A stretch of DNA of 64,000 bases from an uncultured Planctomycetaceae bacterium (GCA_963815195.1 CAWFGE010000013.1:512001-576000), one strand, 5' to 3'. Numbered from the stretch's first letter, positions 1-10,615 are shown. A program made the numbers and translations. Notes: generated by a model not told the origin, from the letters alone.

Positions 1-20
1 CTTGGCTTCTCATTTAAGGG

Positions 21-980
21 TTGTATTCGATGTGCATTCAACTTCGCCGGCTTTTGGTTTGCATCGTGATTGGTGGTTCGGCTTTGCAACTGTTGGCAGC
101 CGAGCCGGGGGCGGTGTTTCCCGACGAGTTGGTGAAGTTTAAACCCTATGCAAAAAATCCCGTGTTCGTCTCAGGCGGGAAAAATGATTGGGACGCCCGC
201 ATCCGGGAGCGCGGCTGGATTTTGAAAGACAAGGGCGGCTATCGCATGTGGTACACCGGCTTTAACCCGGACACCTCCGAGGGCCTGACCATGAAGCTCG
301 GCTACGCCACCTCGCCCGACGGCATCCACTGGAAACGCGATCCCCAAAACCCGATCTACACAAAACATTGGGTGGAAGACATGATGGTGGTTCCACATGA
401 GGGCAAGTATTACATGTTCGCCGAGGGCCGGGGCGATCTGGCACAACTCTTGGAATCGTCCGACGGCATCCACTGGACCCGTCAGGGCCAACTCGATGTC
501 AGGACCACGGAAGGCAAACCCATCAAGGCCGGCCCTTACGGAACACCTACGGCTTACCTGGAAGACGGCGTATGGTATCTGTTTTACGAACGCCGGGACC
601 TGGGCGTGTGGCTGGCAACTTCAAAGGACCGGAAAGTTTGGACCAACGTGCAAGAGGAACCGGTCCTCAAGCTCGGCCCCGGCGAGTATGATTCCGAGCA
701 GATCGCGCTCAATCAGGTCATCAAATACAAGGGCCGATATTACGCCTACTACCACGGCAGCGGCCACACCTCCAAACCCCGCCTGTGGTGCCCGGCGATC
801 GCGACGTCCACCGATTTAATCCACTGGCAGAAGTACGCCGGCAACCCGCTCCGCCCGATGAAGGAAAACCGCTCCAGCGGCATCGTCGTCCCGGATGGCG
901 ACCAATTCCGTTTCTATACCATGCACGACAAAGTCGATCTGTTCCTCCTAGTCAAAGAGACCCCCCAAAATTCCGAATGA
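21..980 (+). CDS. Secreted glycoside hydrolase-like five-bladed beta-propeller (GH43/GH130/GH32-like)
   Basis: Signal peptide; repeated 'YATSPDGIHWKR..NP', 'SSDGIHW', 'ATSTDLIHWQKY..NP' blade motifs. Confidence 0.75.
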   Translation: MYSMCIQLRRLLVCIVIGGSALQLLAAEPGAVFPDELVKFKPYAKNPVFVSGGKNDWDARIRERGWILKDKGGYRMWYTGFNPDTSEGLTMKLGYATSPDGIHWKRDPQNPIYTKHWVEDMMVVPHEGKYYMFAEGRGDLAQLLESSDGIHWTRQGQLDVRTTEGKPIKAGPYGTPTAYLEDGVWYLFYERRDLGVWLATSKDRKVWTNVQEEPVLKLGPGEYDSEQIALNQVIKYKGRYYAYYHGSGHTSKPRLWCPAIATSTDLIHWQKYAGNPLRPMKENRSSGIVVPDGDQFRFYTMHDKVDLFLLVKETPQNSE

Positions 981-1020
981 CCGAAACCCATGAAAAACGG
1001 AAGCGGTGCTTCACAAAGTT

Positions 1021-1231
1021 TTTACGGCGAAGCCGTTACATATCAAAGCCCAGAGTCGCGAAGCGCACTCTGGGTGAAATTGACCCCGCCTATCCGTTTT
1101 ACGCCGAAGGCGTTATACATTCGGGTTGTATAACGCCTTCGGCGTAACGGCATGTTGTTTGAATCGGAGCCCAGGGTGGCGCGGCTGCGCCGCTGACCCT
1201 GGGCTTTGGGATATAACGCCTTCGGCGTAAA
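1021..1231. repeat. Nested palindromic REP/MITE-like element
   Basis: Imperfect 37-bp outer inverted repeat (1021-1057/1195-1231) enclosing a perfect 21-bp stem (1099-1119/1127-1147); four copies of the ACGCCGAAGGCGT-type mini-hairpin. Confidence 0.85.
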
Positions 1232-1277
1232 GACAAAAGACATTGCACTTCAATTCAAAACTTTTAAGGGATTATTC

Positions 1278-2576
1278 ATGTCGAGTTTTTTGCGTTTGCT
1301 GTCTGTGGTTTCCTGTCTCATAGTCACATCGGTTTCGCTCGCGGATGATTGGCCGCAGTGGGGCGGGCCTGAAAGGGATTTGGTTTGGCGGGAGACGGGA
1401 ATCATCGACAAGTTCCCCACGGACGGGCTGTTGCCCCGCGTGTGGTCCACGCCGATTGCAGAGGGGTATTCCGGCCCCGCGGTGGCGGGCGGGCGGGTTT
1501 ATATCACGGATTACAAGCGGGAAGAGCGGCGGGAGCGCGTGCTGTGCCTGGACGCCGAGACCGGCAACTTGCTGTGGATCCACCAGTACCCGGTGGTGTA
1601 TCGCATCAGTTATGCCGCGGGGCCGCGCTCGACGCCGGTGATCGACGGCGGCCTGGTTTATACCGTCGGCGCGATGGGGCATCTGTTCTGCCTCGATGCC
1701 AAGACCGGCGACGTGAAATGGAAGAAAAACTTCGTGGAGGACTTCGGCACGCCGATTCCCAATTGGGGCATGGTCGCTTCGCCTTTGGTGGAGGGCGATC
1801 AACTCATCACCTTGGTCGGCGGCGAGAACGCGCTGATTGTCAGCTTCGACAAAACAACAGGCAAGGAACTTTGGCGGTCCTTGGACGACCCGGAAGTCGG
1901 ATATTGTCCGCCGGTGATATTTCCGTTCGGCAAGACCCGGCAGTTGATCGTCTGGCATCCGCGGGCCGTGTCTTCCTTAAATCCCGAAAACGGAAAAGCG
2001 AATTGGGAAATCCCCTTCCGCGTGCAGGCGGGTTTGACGGTTCCCACGCCTCGCAAAATCGGCAATCGGTTGTTGGTGACTTCGTTCTACAACGGCTCGC
2101 GGATGATCGAAATCGCCGACGACGGAGAATCGGCCAAGGTCGTCTGGCAAGGCCACAGCGACAATGAACTTCCCGACCGCACCGACGGTTTGCATTCCAT
2201 CATCTCGACCCCGGTGCTGACGGAGTCCACGATCTACGGAGTGTGCAGTTACGGGGCGCTTCGCGGCTTGGATGCCAAGACCGGAAAGCGGCTTTGGGAA
2301 ACCTACCAGGCCACCGGCAAAGACCGCTGGTGGAATGCGTTTCTCATCCCGCACGAAGGCCGCTATTTTATTCACAACGAGCAGGGCGATCTGATCATCG
2401 CGAACCTCACGCCCCAAGGCTACGAGGAAATCAGCCGCGCGAAGCTCGTCGAGCCGACCCGCTCCGTCCGCCGGCGAATGACGATCTGGTCGCATCCCGC
2501 GTTTGCGATGAAAAGCGTGTTCGCGCGGAACGACAAAGAAATCGTCCGCGTGAATTTGGCGAAGGAAGGAAAATAG
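1278..2576 (+). CDS. PQQ-like beta-propeller repeat protein (BamB-like, planctomycete type)
   Basis: Signal peptide then 'DWPQWGGP.RD'; repeated 'CLDAxTG..W'; C-terminal 'WSHPAFA..VFARN'. Confidence 0.85.
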   Translation: MSSFLRLLSVVSCLIVTSVSLADDWPQWGGPERDLVWRETGIIDKFPTDGLLPRVWSTPIAEGYSGPAVAGGRVYITDYKREERRERVLCLDAETGNLLWIHQYPVVYRISYAAGPRSTPVIDGGLVYTVGAMGHLFCLDAKTGDVKWKKNFVEDFGTPIPNWGMVASPLVEGDQLITLVGGENALIVSFDKTTGKELWRSLDDPEVGYCPPVIFPFGKTRQLIVWHPRAVSSLNPENGKANWEIPFRVQAGLTVPTPRKIGNRLLVTSFYNGSRMIEIADDGESAKVVWQGHSDNELPDRTDGLHSIISTPVLTESTIYGVCSYGALRGLDAKTGKRLWETYQATGKDRWWNAFLIPHEGRYFIHNEQGDLIIANLTPQGYEEISRAKLVEPTRSVRRRMTIWSHPAFAMKSVFARNDKEIVRVNLAKEGK

Positions 2577-2636
2577 TTTGGACCGGCGGTCAAAATTCCG
2601 ATTGATTCCTTTGTGAACAGCGCGGATGATGAAGGC

Positions 2637-2843
2637 ATGAGCGAACAACATACGATTCCCGAAGAAGTCGAAGCCGACATGCAGGCGGTGATGGAAGCCC
2701 TCCACTCCGGCCGCCGGATGGATGAAGAAACCTACCGCCGCATCCGGGCACGTGCGGACAAAGTCCGGGACGAGCTAAAAAGGCAGCATGGAGAAATGGA
2801 CATCGCCGTGGACTTGATCCGCCAAACCCGCGATGACACATGA
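2637..2843 (+). CDS. Putative antitoxin (VapB-like position)
   Basis: 68-aa ORF; ATGA overlap with the downstream PIN gene; C-terminal 'DIAVDLIRQTRD'. Confidence 0.6.
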   Translation: MSEQHTIPEEVEADMQAVMEALHSGRRMDEETYRRIRARADKVRDELKRQHGEMDIAVDLIRQTRDDT

Positions 2844-3258
2844 GGTACGTCCTGGATTCCAACGTGGCCCTCAAATGGGTTTTGCCTGAAGCGGATTCTG
2901 ACAAGGCGACTGCACTGCGCGACGATTATCACGCGGGCATCCACGAATTGATCGCCCCCGATATTTTTCCGGTGGAGTGCCTGCATGCGCTGACGAAGGC
3001 CAAGCACAAAATCGGATTACCGACGGTTTCGTCCTCTGGCAGTCGATTATGGCCGATGCGCCGATCTTGCATCCTCACATTCTCTTGTTGAACCGGGCCT
3101 ATGCAATCGCCACTGTCACGCGCAGCGGCATTTACGATTGCATTTATGTGGCTCTCGCGGAGCAACAAGGTTGTAAGTTGATTACGGCGGATGATCGGCT
3201 GGTCCGAAACATGCAATCGAAATTCCCATTTGTGCGTTCGCTCAATCCGATGCCGTAA
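2840..3258 (+). CDS. vapC: PIN-domain (VapC-family) toxin, frameshift near 3004
   Basis: 'YVLDSNVALKW', 'VE', then in the shifted frame 'IYDCIYVALA' and 'LITADDRL'. Confidence 0.8.
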
Positions 3259-3437
3259 AAAGCCCATCCTCCGAAGTCGCCAGTGAATTTGGCGAAACCA
3301 GGAAAGTAAGACGGATTGTCAACCACAAATTCCTCTGGTTAAAAGTCCGCGTCCACAGTACGATCCCGCTTCCTCCACAGAGCAGCCTCCGTTGATTGAT
3401 CCCGCCATCGCACGCAAAAAATCACGGAGCAGCAGGA

Positions 3438-4538
3438 ATGAAAAAGTCTCTTTTCAGATTCTTTCCGATCAGCGTCGCAAGTTTGGCAGTGGCCTGCTGT
3501 TTGGTGATTCAAAGCTGCAGCGCACTTGAATCGACGGAATCCGAGGAGATTGCCTCCAACGGCTGGGTGTTGCACGACGAGATCGGTGCGTGGTCTCCGC
3601 CCGTGGCATCGATTGCCTTTTCGCCGGACGGCTCCCAAATCGCGACGACGCATACATCGCTTTGCCCATCGACCTACCGATGCTCCCCGATGCTTTGTGT
3701 AGGCTATCTCAAGCTATGGAAAAACGATCTGTTCAGACTGAATAGCGTCTCGGTTCTCGTTGAAGATCTTACGCGGGAAATGGTTGCGTTTCGCTCGGAC
3801 GGGAAACAGATTCTTGTGCCCGTCAAAAAGGGCGTCGTCGCCTGGGATCTCGACAAGAAACAGCTCGTACAAACTCCGCCGGCTTGGGGACTTGCTATTT
3901 CCCCCGATGGCCGATTTGTCGCGGCCCGGACGGATTCCGAGGACGAATCGGGCAGCATCCTCGTGATGGACGTGCAATCGCAAACGCTGCTCTCCAAGAT
4001 CCGCATTCCAAATTACGATCTCACGGCTTTCTCGTTTTCCGCCGGCAATCGCTTATTGGGCCTCTTCGCGGAAACTACTGACGATCATTCCCAGAGAAAA
4101 CTCATCGTTTGGAATCTGAAAACTGCAACTCAACAGTCCATCATCGAACTCTCGTCGGAAGTCAAATGGTTTTCGGTCTTCTCGCCCGATGGCAAACAAC
4201 TTGCGACTCTGTCGTATGACGACAAGGTGCGGTTGTGGAACACTTCGGACGGTTCGCTCATCAAAATCCTTGATGGGGGAAAAGAGGGCGAAGGTTACCT
4301 CTGGCAAATTGCCTTCTCTCCCGACGGAAAATTTCTCGCGGCCGGATACGAAGAAGCAGAATCGGATGAAGGCGGCGGGGCGATTGTCTGGAATGTCCGT
4401 AGCGGCGAGCGAGTGACTAAAATCTCGGACAAGCCGGCGTGGGGCGTCACGGCTGTCGCTTTCTCGCCCGACGGGAGTTTGCTTGCCACTGGAAACAGCG
4501 CGGGCGAAATCAAATTCTGGAACGTTCCGGAAGAATAG
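3438..4538 (+). CDS. WD40-repeat protein, likely exported/lipoprotein
   Basis: Multiple 'AFSPDG' and 'W[DN]' repeats; hydrophobic N-terminus with Cys. Confidence 0.85.
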   Translation: MKKSLFRFFPISVASLAVACCLVIQSCSALESTESEEIASNGWVLHDEIGAWSPPVASIAFSPDGSQIATTHTSLCPSTYRCSPMLCVGYLKLWKNDLFRLNSVSVLVEDLTREMVAFRSDGKQILVPVKKGVVAWDLDKKQLVQTPPAWGLAISPDGRFVAARTDSEDESGSILVMDVQSQTLLSKIRIPNYDLTAFSFSAGNRLLGLFAETTDDHSQRKLIVWNLKTATQQSIIELSSEVKWFSVFSPDGKQLATLSYDDKVRLWNTSDGSLIKILDGGKEGEGYLWQIAFSPDGKFLAAGYEEAESDEGGGAIVWNVRSGERVTKISDKPAWGVTAVAFSPDGSLLATGNSAGEIKFWNVPEE

Positions 4539-4555
4539 TATCGCCTCGGTTTTCT

Positions 4556-4711
4556 TTATCCGTCCGTTTTCGCAAAGAACGCCGTATAGAGCGACCAAAC
4601 CAATATGATCGCACCCGCGCTGGCCCAGAACCAGCGCCAATCGGCGTCGAGCCAGGCCATGCCGATGAGGAACAGGCTGCCGAGGATGCCCCACAGGTCT
4701 TCACGTTTCAT
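4556..4711 (-). CDS. 51-aa two-helix membrane microprotein (not in ORF track)
   Basis: Manual translation MKREDLWGILGSLFLIGMAWLDADWRWFWASAGAIILVWSLYTAFFAKTDG*; starts 16 bp after the K+ channel stop on the same strand. Confidence 0.55.
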   Translation of the reverse strand: MKREDLWGILGSLFLIGMAWLDADWRWFWASAGAIILVWSLYTAFFAKTDG

Positions 4712-4727
4712 GCGGGCGGTTCCCGAA

Positions 4728-5774
4728 TCAGGAACCGGTGTTGCCGACGCGCATCGTGTCGTTGACGGCTTGGGTGCTGCCGAAGGCGAACAGGCTGTCG
4801 CCCGCCATGATGACCGCGGTGCCGGGCGGGGGCATGAGTTTGTCCCCGTTCTGCCGGCGGATGCCGATGACCATCACGCCTTGCTCGCGGAGCGTGGTGT
4901 CCATCAGGCGTTTGCCGACGAGCGGGTGGTCGGCTCCGATTTGCACGTCGGCCAGTTCCAACTCGTGGCCCCGGCGGTCGGCGATCTCCAGGAAGTCTTC
5001 GATGTTCGGGTGCAGCATGAACCGGGCCATCTTGTGCGCGCCGGTGCTGAACGGCCTGACGACCCGCGTGGCTCCGGCCCGCTCGAGTTTGACCACGGCT
5101 TTCTCGTTGTCGGCCCGGGCGATGATTTGCAGATCGCTCGCGAGCATCCGCGCGGAGAGCACGACATACACATTGTCGGCATCGGTCGGCAAGACGGACG
5201 CCAAGGCCTTCGCGCGCTCGATTCCCGCCCGCAATAGCGTCTCATCGTCGGTGGCGTCGCCGTGGACATAGAGCCAATTGTACTCCGTGCAGAGTTCGTG
5301 GAGACGTTCCTCATCGCGATCCACGACGACGAACGGCTCCCGGCGTTCGTGCATGTTCGCCGCGATGATCGAACCCATCCGGCCCAAGCCGCAGATGATG
5401 AAATGGCCCGAAAGTTTTTGAATCTGATTTTCCATGCGTCGTCGTTCCAACAGGCCTTGGAGGCGGACATTGACGATCCACTGCCCGAGCAGCGAAGCAC
5501 TATAAGTAAACACGCCCAAGCCGAGCACCAGGTAGATGATAATGAAAACCCGCCCCCGCGTGCCGAGCTCCACGGTCTCGCCGTAGCCCACGGTGGTCAG
5601 CGTGATCACCGACAGATACAGGCAGTCGATCCAACTCGTGCCTTTGGGCGTGAGGAGTTTCAGCCCCACCGTGCCCGCAATCGTCAGGAACAACAACAGC
5701 AGCACGACCGTCAGCAGCTGCCTCCAGGGGCTGCTGCGGCGAGCGAGCGAACGCGGCAGAGGTTTTTCCATCAT
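4728..5774 (-). CDS. Potassium channel with TrkA-N/TrkA-C (RCK) domains
   Basis: Selectivity filter 'TTVGYG'; 'IICGLGRMG' Rossmann motif; 'GDATDDETLLRAGI'; TrkA-C tail. Confidence 0.92.
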   Translation of the reverse strand: MMEKPLPRSLARRSSPWRQLLTVVLLLLFLTIAGTVGLKLLTPKGTSWIDCLYLSVITLTTVGYGETVELGTRGRVFIIIYLVLGLGVFTYSASLLGQWIVNVRLQGLLERRRMENQIQKLSGHFIICGLGRMGSIIAANMHERREPFVVVDRDEERLHELCTEYNWLYVHGDATDDETLLRAGIERAKALASVLPTDADNVYVVLSARMLASDLQIIARADNEKAVVKLERAGATRVVRPFSTGAHKMARFMLHPNIEDFLEIADRRGHELELADVQIGADHPLVGKRLMDTTLREQGVMVIGIRRQNGDKLMPPPGTAVIMAGDSLFAFGSTQAVNDTMRVGNTGS

Positions 5775-5851
5775 GCTGGGAGTTCGCGGCGACAGGGATC
5801 AGGTCCTTCGATGCGGAAAGGTCGGGGGGGCGCGAAGAGAGTTTACAAGGC

Positions 5852-7248
5852 TCAACGTCCGCCCAGCAAGAGCCGGGTCAGCCAACTCACCGGCAAGTCG
5901 GGCTGGAGCACTTTCTCAGATTGGCCGAGGTGGGACAAGACGTTCTCGGCGGCGAGAAACCCGCTGCGGACGGCCCCTTCCATCGTGGCCGGCCAGCCGG
6001 TTTGCGTCCAGTCGCCGGCGAACTGCAGGTTGTCGATCGGCGACTGCTGAGGCGGCCGGAGTCTGTCCGATCCCGCCGTCACCGAAAACACCGCCCGGTG
6101 CTCGGTCACCACCCGGCCACCCGTGAGCTTCGCCTCGGCGGTCTTGGGCCAGATTCCCGTCAACTCTTCGATCACCGCGATAAGAATCTCGTCCTGCGAA
6201 CGGCCTTTCAGTTCCCGGCTCGCGCTGATGACGACTTGATAATAATGAGAATCCGGCTTACTGGAACCTCCTTGCAGCAGCGTGCGATTGAACATCCACT
6301 GCGACAGTCGGCCGATGAGCACCGCGTGCGGGAGTTCGGTGATCGCCCGATCAAACCACAAATGCACGCTGGAGATCGGCGCGGATTCCAATTCCGCCGC
6401 ACCCGCAACTTTGGGATCTTGCGCGAGTGACGCCGGCAGCAAGTCCAACACGCGATAATGCGGCACCGCGAGGACAAAATGCTTCGCGGAAAGCGTTTCG
6501 CCGCCGCGCAAGCGGACCTGAGAAACACGGCCGGCTTCGGTTTCGAGCTGTTCGACGCCGGTTTTCAGACGAACTTGAACGCCGTGTTCCGCGAGCCAGG
6601 CTGTGAGCGGCGCACCGTAGATTTCCTCCAAAGGCACCGTGGGAATCTGCACTTCCCAACCCTTGCGGTGGGCGAGAAAGCCATCGAAGAATACTTTGCG
6701 CCCTGAAAGGTGTCGATCCGGTCGAGGGTTTCGCTCAACGCGCTCACCAACACCACCAGCCAGAAGTTCTCGATAACGCTCGGCGATTGCCCGTGCTCCT
6801 TGAGCCAGCGGTCGAAGGGTTGGCTGACGGGAGTGTTCTTTGAAAGTTTGGCGAGTGCCTTGAGGCCGCGCGCGAGTTCGCGCACGTCCGAGCGGGACAA
6901 GTAACTCAATCGACGAAACGCGGGAAACAGATGCAGCGGGGCCGGCAATCGGCTGGCGGAGAAGGGATTGATCCGGCGATCCGCCCCGATGAAATACAGC
7001 GTCGGTTCCGTGCGGAGCAAGTCGGCCGCGCCCACGGTTTCGCAGAACCGCCGGAAGTTCGTGCAGCAGCCCATGCTCACGTGCTGGCAGTTGTCAATCG
7101 CCGTGCCCGTGGCTTGATCGACGAACGAACTGGCCCGCCCGCCCAAACGCGGCCGGGATTCGAGCAGCGTCACCGCGACGCCGCGCTCCGCGAGCGCCAC
7201 GGCCGCCGCCAACCCCGCCAACCCGCCGCCGATGACAATCACATCCAT
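5852..7248 (-). CDS. hpnE: Hydroxysqualene dehydroxylase HpnE (squalene/hopanoid pathway), frameshift near 6703
   Basis: 'GGGLAGLAAA..LLESRPRLGGRASS', 'IDNCQHV.MGCC', C-terminal 'AGDWTQTGWPATMEGAVRSG'. Confidence 0.85.
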
Positions 7249-7252
7249 TGAA

Positions 7253-7284
7253 GTCCCAATGACCAAATCCCAATGACCAAATCC
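7253..7284. repeat. Short tandem CAATGACCAAATCC repeat (TGGTCAT family; also 26780-26822, 37595-37650)
   Basis: Two direct copies here; related GGTCATTGG units at the other two intergenic sites. Confidence 0.6.
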
Positions 7285-7375
7285 GAGGTTTGTAAATTTT
7301 GGATCAAGTGCAGCCAGATTGTAGAAACCATGCACCGGTTGGCGTACTCTATTGAAGAAGATTTCCTTTTCGGCG

Positions 7376-8182
7376 ATGGAATCCCTCATGCGCGAAACTC
7401 AAGTTTCCGGCGGCCCGATGTCCCGGGCTTCGAGAGTTCTGGACGGGCTTGGGCTGTTTTGCCGGGCGGGAGTGGACTTTGTTTATCCGCCCGCGTGCTT
7501 GATATGCAGCCGGGAGATGGATTCCGCCTCTCGGCCGCAACTCTGCCTGTCCTGCCTGCGGGAATCGGCCCCGGAGATCGCCGACGTCTGCGAGCGGTGC
7601 GGGGCGCCGGTGGGGCCGTTTTTGGACACCTCGCTCGGCTGCGTGCATTGCCGATTTACGCCCTTCCATTTTGAGAAAGCCATCTGCCTGGGCGTTTACA
7701 GGGATGTGCTGAAGGAGACGTGCTTGAGAATGAAACATTCCGGAACCGAGCCGCTCGCGCGGGCTTTGGCGGAATGTTTTTGGCAGCAAAAGCGCGAGCC
7801 GCTCGAACGCGTGGACGCCGAGCGAATCGTTTCCGTCCCCCAACATTGGACCCGCCGGTTCAGGCCCGGGCACAACGCGTCCGAAACCATCGCATGCCAC
7901 CTCGCCCGGCGGCTTCGAGTTCCGGTCGATGTCCGGCAGGTGCGCAAATCGCGGCGGACGCTCGAGCAAAAGACGCTGCCCCGCACCCGGCGGTTGAGCA
8001 ATTTGCGGGACGCTTTTCAAATTCGACATCCGAAAACGATCCAGGGCCGGCGGATTCTCTTGGTGGACGATGTGCTCACCACCGGCACGACGGCGAACCG
8101 CATCAGCCGACTGCTCAAAAAAGCCGGGGCGAAATCCGTCACCGTCGCTGCGCTCGCCCGCGGTCTCGGCGACGCCCGGTGA
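7376..8182 (+). CDS. comF: ComF family protein (zinc ribbons + PRTase domain)
   Basis: CxxC pairs; 'ILLVDDVLTTGTT'; 'LKKAGAKSV'. Confidence 0.88.
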   Translation: MESLMRETQVSGGPMSRASRVLDGLGLFCRAGVDFVYPPACLICSREMDSASRPQLCLSCLRESAPEIADVCERCGAPVGPFLDTSLGCVHCRFTPFHFEKAICLGVYRDVLKETCLRMKHSGTEPLARALAECFWQQKREPLERVDAERIVSVPQHWTRRFRPGHNASETIACHLARRLRVPVDVRQVRKSRRTLEQKTLPRTRRLSNLRDAFQIRHPKTIQGRRILLVDDVLTTGTTANRISRLLKKAGAKSVTVAALARGLGDAR

Positions 8183-8198
8183 ATCGAACTCGGCAAGT

Positions 8199-8591
8199 TC
8201 ACAGGGAAGTTTGCCGCGACTTGAAGCGCCGGCGAAGATCGCGGGTCCAGACGATCGCCATCGCCAACACGACCGCCAGGTAAACCGAAATGGCGATGAT
8301 GTCAGACGTGGACCGGCTCATCGAGAGGCCGCAACCGTGCTCGGCGATCAATTGAACGTAAGACGTTTCGGTGTCGGCATACCCCAGCTTTTCGCGGATC
8401 TCCATATGCCAGTCGGTGCACAGGCAATAGCCCCAGCCGTAAAACGCGCCCATCCCAAACCAGGAGAACGTCGTCAGCCCCATCGAAATCAAATGCCAAA
8501 ACCGTGTCCTCCGCCAAATCCAACCGAACATGTTGAATCCGATGAGCAGAGTATGAACAATAAAGAATCCAATATCGGCCAGAACGAGCAT
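8199..8591 (-). CDS. DUF2784-like membrane protein
   Basis: 'FIVH..FNMFGWIW', 'YGWGYCLCTDW..R'; GGAG RBS. Confidence 0.7.
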   Translation of the reverse strand: MLVLADIGFFIVHTLLIGFNMFGWIWRRTRFWHLISMGLTTFSWFGMGAFYGWGYCLCTDWHMEIREKLGYADTETSYVQLIAEHGCGLSMSRSTSDIIAISVYLAVVLAMAIVWTRDLRRRFKSRQTSL

Positions 8592-8686
8592 TGCGTCTCC
8601 GGGAATTTGATTTTTCATCTCCTATCCTGATTGATCCATCCGTCGGCCGATTTATTCCCCGCGTTCTTTCGATGGATGCCAAAGCC

Positions 8687-10615
8687 ATGAGCCGCAGTTT
8701 CCGTTTTTTGCCGATCTTGTTCCTCGTGTTTGTTGTCGCACCGGTGTTGGCGGGCGTCGGGGATCCGCAGGTTCGCACGGATCATCTCTGGTATCCCGGC
8801 GAGTTGGCGTGTTCGACGTTTGATCGATTGCAGGAAACACAGGCGAAGGTGTATGAGCACATCACGGGACAAAAGCCCCAGACCGACCAGGACCGCGTCC
8901 TCGCGGCGTGGCTTTGGCGGAACACGCATTACGCCCACGGCGAGGAAGGCGTCGAGGATTTCTGGGGCCAGGGCTTTCAGAACTCGACCGAGAGCGCCAC
9001 CCGCGACTATTGGACGGGGCTGTTCGCCCATGGGTTTGGATTGTGCGGCACGACCCACGCCCAGTGGACCGCCGAGATGGAGCACCTCCTGGGCCACAAC
9101 CGCGCGCGCGTCGCCGGCGTGACGGGACACAATTCGTTCGAAGTGTTTCTGAAGGGGAAGGATTACGGGAACGGCCGCTGGGCGCTTTTGGATCACGATG
9201 TCTCCACGGTGATCTTCGACGATGCGGGAAAGAAACTCTTATCCATCGCGGATATCAAGGACAACGTCCGCCGGTACACGAAAGAGAACACCGCCGCCGC
9301 CAAGCAGCACGGCTGGCTGGTGTGCGGCTTGCACCCCGACGACGGCGGAGCCTATGACGCCTTCCGCTCGGCGGAATATCTGGCCGGTTACGCCGGGCCG
9401 CCGCCGATGGTGCATCTCCGGCGGGGCGAAACGCTCCGCCGGTATCTGCGGCCTGGTCTGGAAGACGGGCGGACGTTTGTGTTCTGGGGGCGAAACTACA
9501 ACACCGCCGGCATCCCCGGCCCCGAACGTTCGCGGACCTGGGTCAATCAGCCGGAAAAAATGCATGGCTCCCAAACGGGCACGGGCTATCATCCGGGACA
9601 GGCCCGCTTCGCGAACGCGGTCTTTACCTATCACCCTGACTTCAAGACCGGCGATTACCGCGAAGGCGTGATCGAGGAATCCGAAAAACAGGTAACGTTC
9701 GAATTTCAATCGCCCTACATCATCGCAGCGACCCCGGCGAGCGATGCGCCGTGGGCGATCTATCAGCCCGGCTGCCGAAACGGATTGATCGTGGCGGGGA
9801 AAAGCGGCGTGCGGGTTTCGCTTTCGACCGACCGCGGACAAACCTGGCACGACGGCGGCCGACTTGCCGATCGGTTGGACCTTACCGATTTCGCCAAGGG
9901 CCATCGGCAGTATTGGATCCGCTTCGACGCCGGCGCGGGGGATCTGCGGGAGGCCGGCTTGACGATCACCACCGTCTGCCAGGCGAACGCCTCGACGATG
10001 CCCCGGCTGACGGATGACGGTTCCCGCGTGGAGTTTTCCGCTTCGGGGCGGGCCGTCGTCAGCGCGGGACCCAACCTCGCGCAGGCGGAAGCCCACCGCG
10101 TCGACGGGGCGTTCGATTCGCCGCGGGTTGTGCTGGAACTTGCCGCTCCGCGAAACGCCCCGGTCGTCGGCCTTTCCGCGGTCGCGCACGTGGCCTCGTC
10201 GAATCCGCCGTCACCCGAGGTGGCGTACCAAATCGAGTATTCCACCGATCGAGGCGCCTCGTGGAAACCGGTCCTCAAAGACTGGCGGATCACCCGGCAA
10301 GGCAACGAGCCCTCGGACTTCTGGTCCCAGAGTTTTTGCTGGGGTTCGTCCGAACTCGACAACGTGCAGGCCCCGGTGCGCGTGCGGTTTTCCAACACCG
10401 GTGGCAAGCGGTATCGCCGGGCGGAACTGCATGTGATCTATCGCACCCTCCCGCAGGACGCGACTTGCGTTTCGTTTCATTGGAAGGACGACAAGGGGCT
10501 GCACACGGCGTCGCGGGACTTTCCGCCGCAGCTGGACGGGACCACTCAAACCTGGAACGTCCCCACCGGGAAAAGCACCGAAACCCTCTGGGTCGAATAC
10601 CGCCCCGTCCCCTGA
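8687..10615 (+). CDS. Secreted protein with transglutaminase-like Cys-His-Asp domain
   Basis: Signal peptide; 'GFGLCGT', 'GHNSFEV', 'WALLD' in transglutaminase-like order; long beta-rich C-terminus. Confidence 0.6.
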   Translation: MSRSFRFLPILFLVFVVAPVLAGVGDPQVRTDHLWYPGELACSTFDRLQETQAKVYEHITGQKPQTDQDRVLAAWLWRNTHYAHGEEGVEDFWGQGFQNSTESATRDYWTGLFAHGFGLCGTTHAQWTAEMEHLLGHNRARVAGVTGHNSFEVFLKGKDYGNGRWALLDHDVSTVIFDDAGKKLLSIADIKDNVRRYTKENTAAAKQHGWLVCGLHPDDGGAYDAFRSAEYLAGYAGPPPMVHLRRGETLRRYLRPGLEDGRTFVFWGRNYNTAGIPGPERSRTWVNQPEKMHGSQTGTGYHPGQARFANAVFTYHPDFKTGDYREGVIEESEKQVTFEFQSPYIIAATPASDAPWAIYQPGCRNGLIVAGKSGVRVSLSTDRGQTWHDGGRLADRLDLTDFAKGHRQYWIRFDAGAGDLREAGLTITTVCQANASTMPRLTDDGSRVEFSASGRAVVSAGPNLAQAEAHRVDGAFDSPRVVLELAAPRNAPVVGLSAVAHVASSNPPSPEVAYQIEYSTDRGASWKPVLKDWRITRQGNEPSDFWSQSFCWGSSELDNVQAPVRVRFSNTGGKRYRRAELHVIYRTLPQDATCVSFHWKDDKGLHTASRDFPPQLDGTTQTWNVPTGKSTETLWVEYRPVP

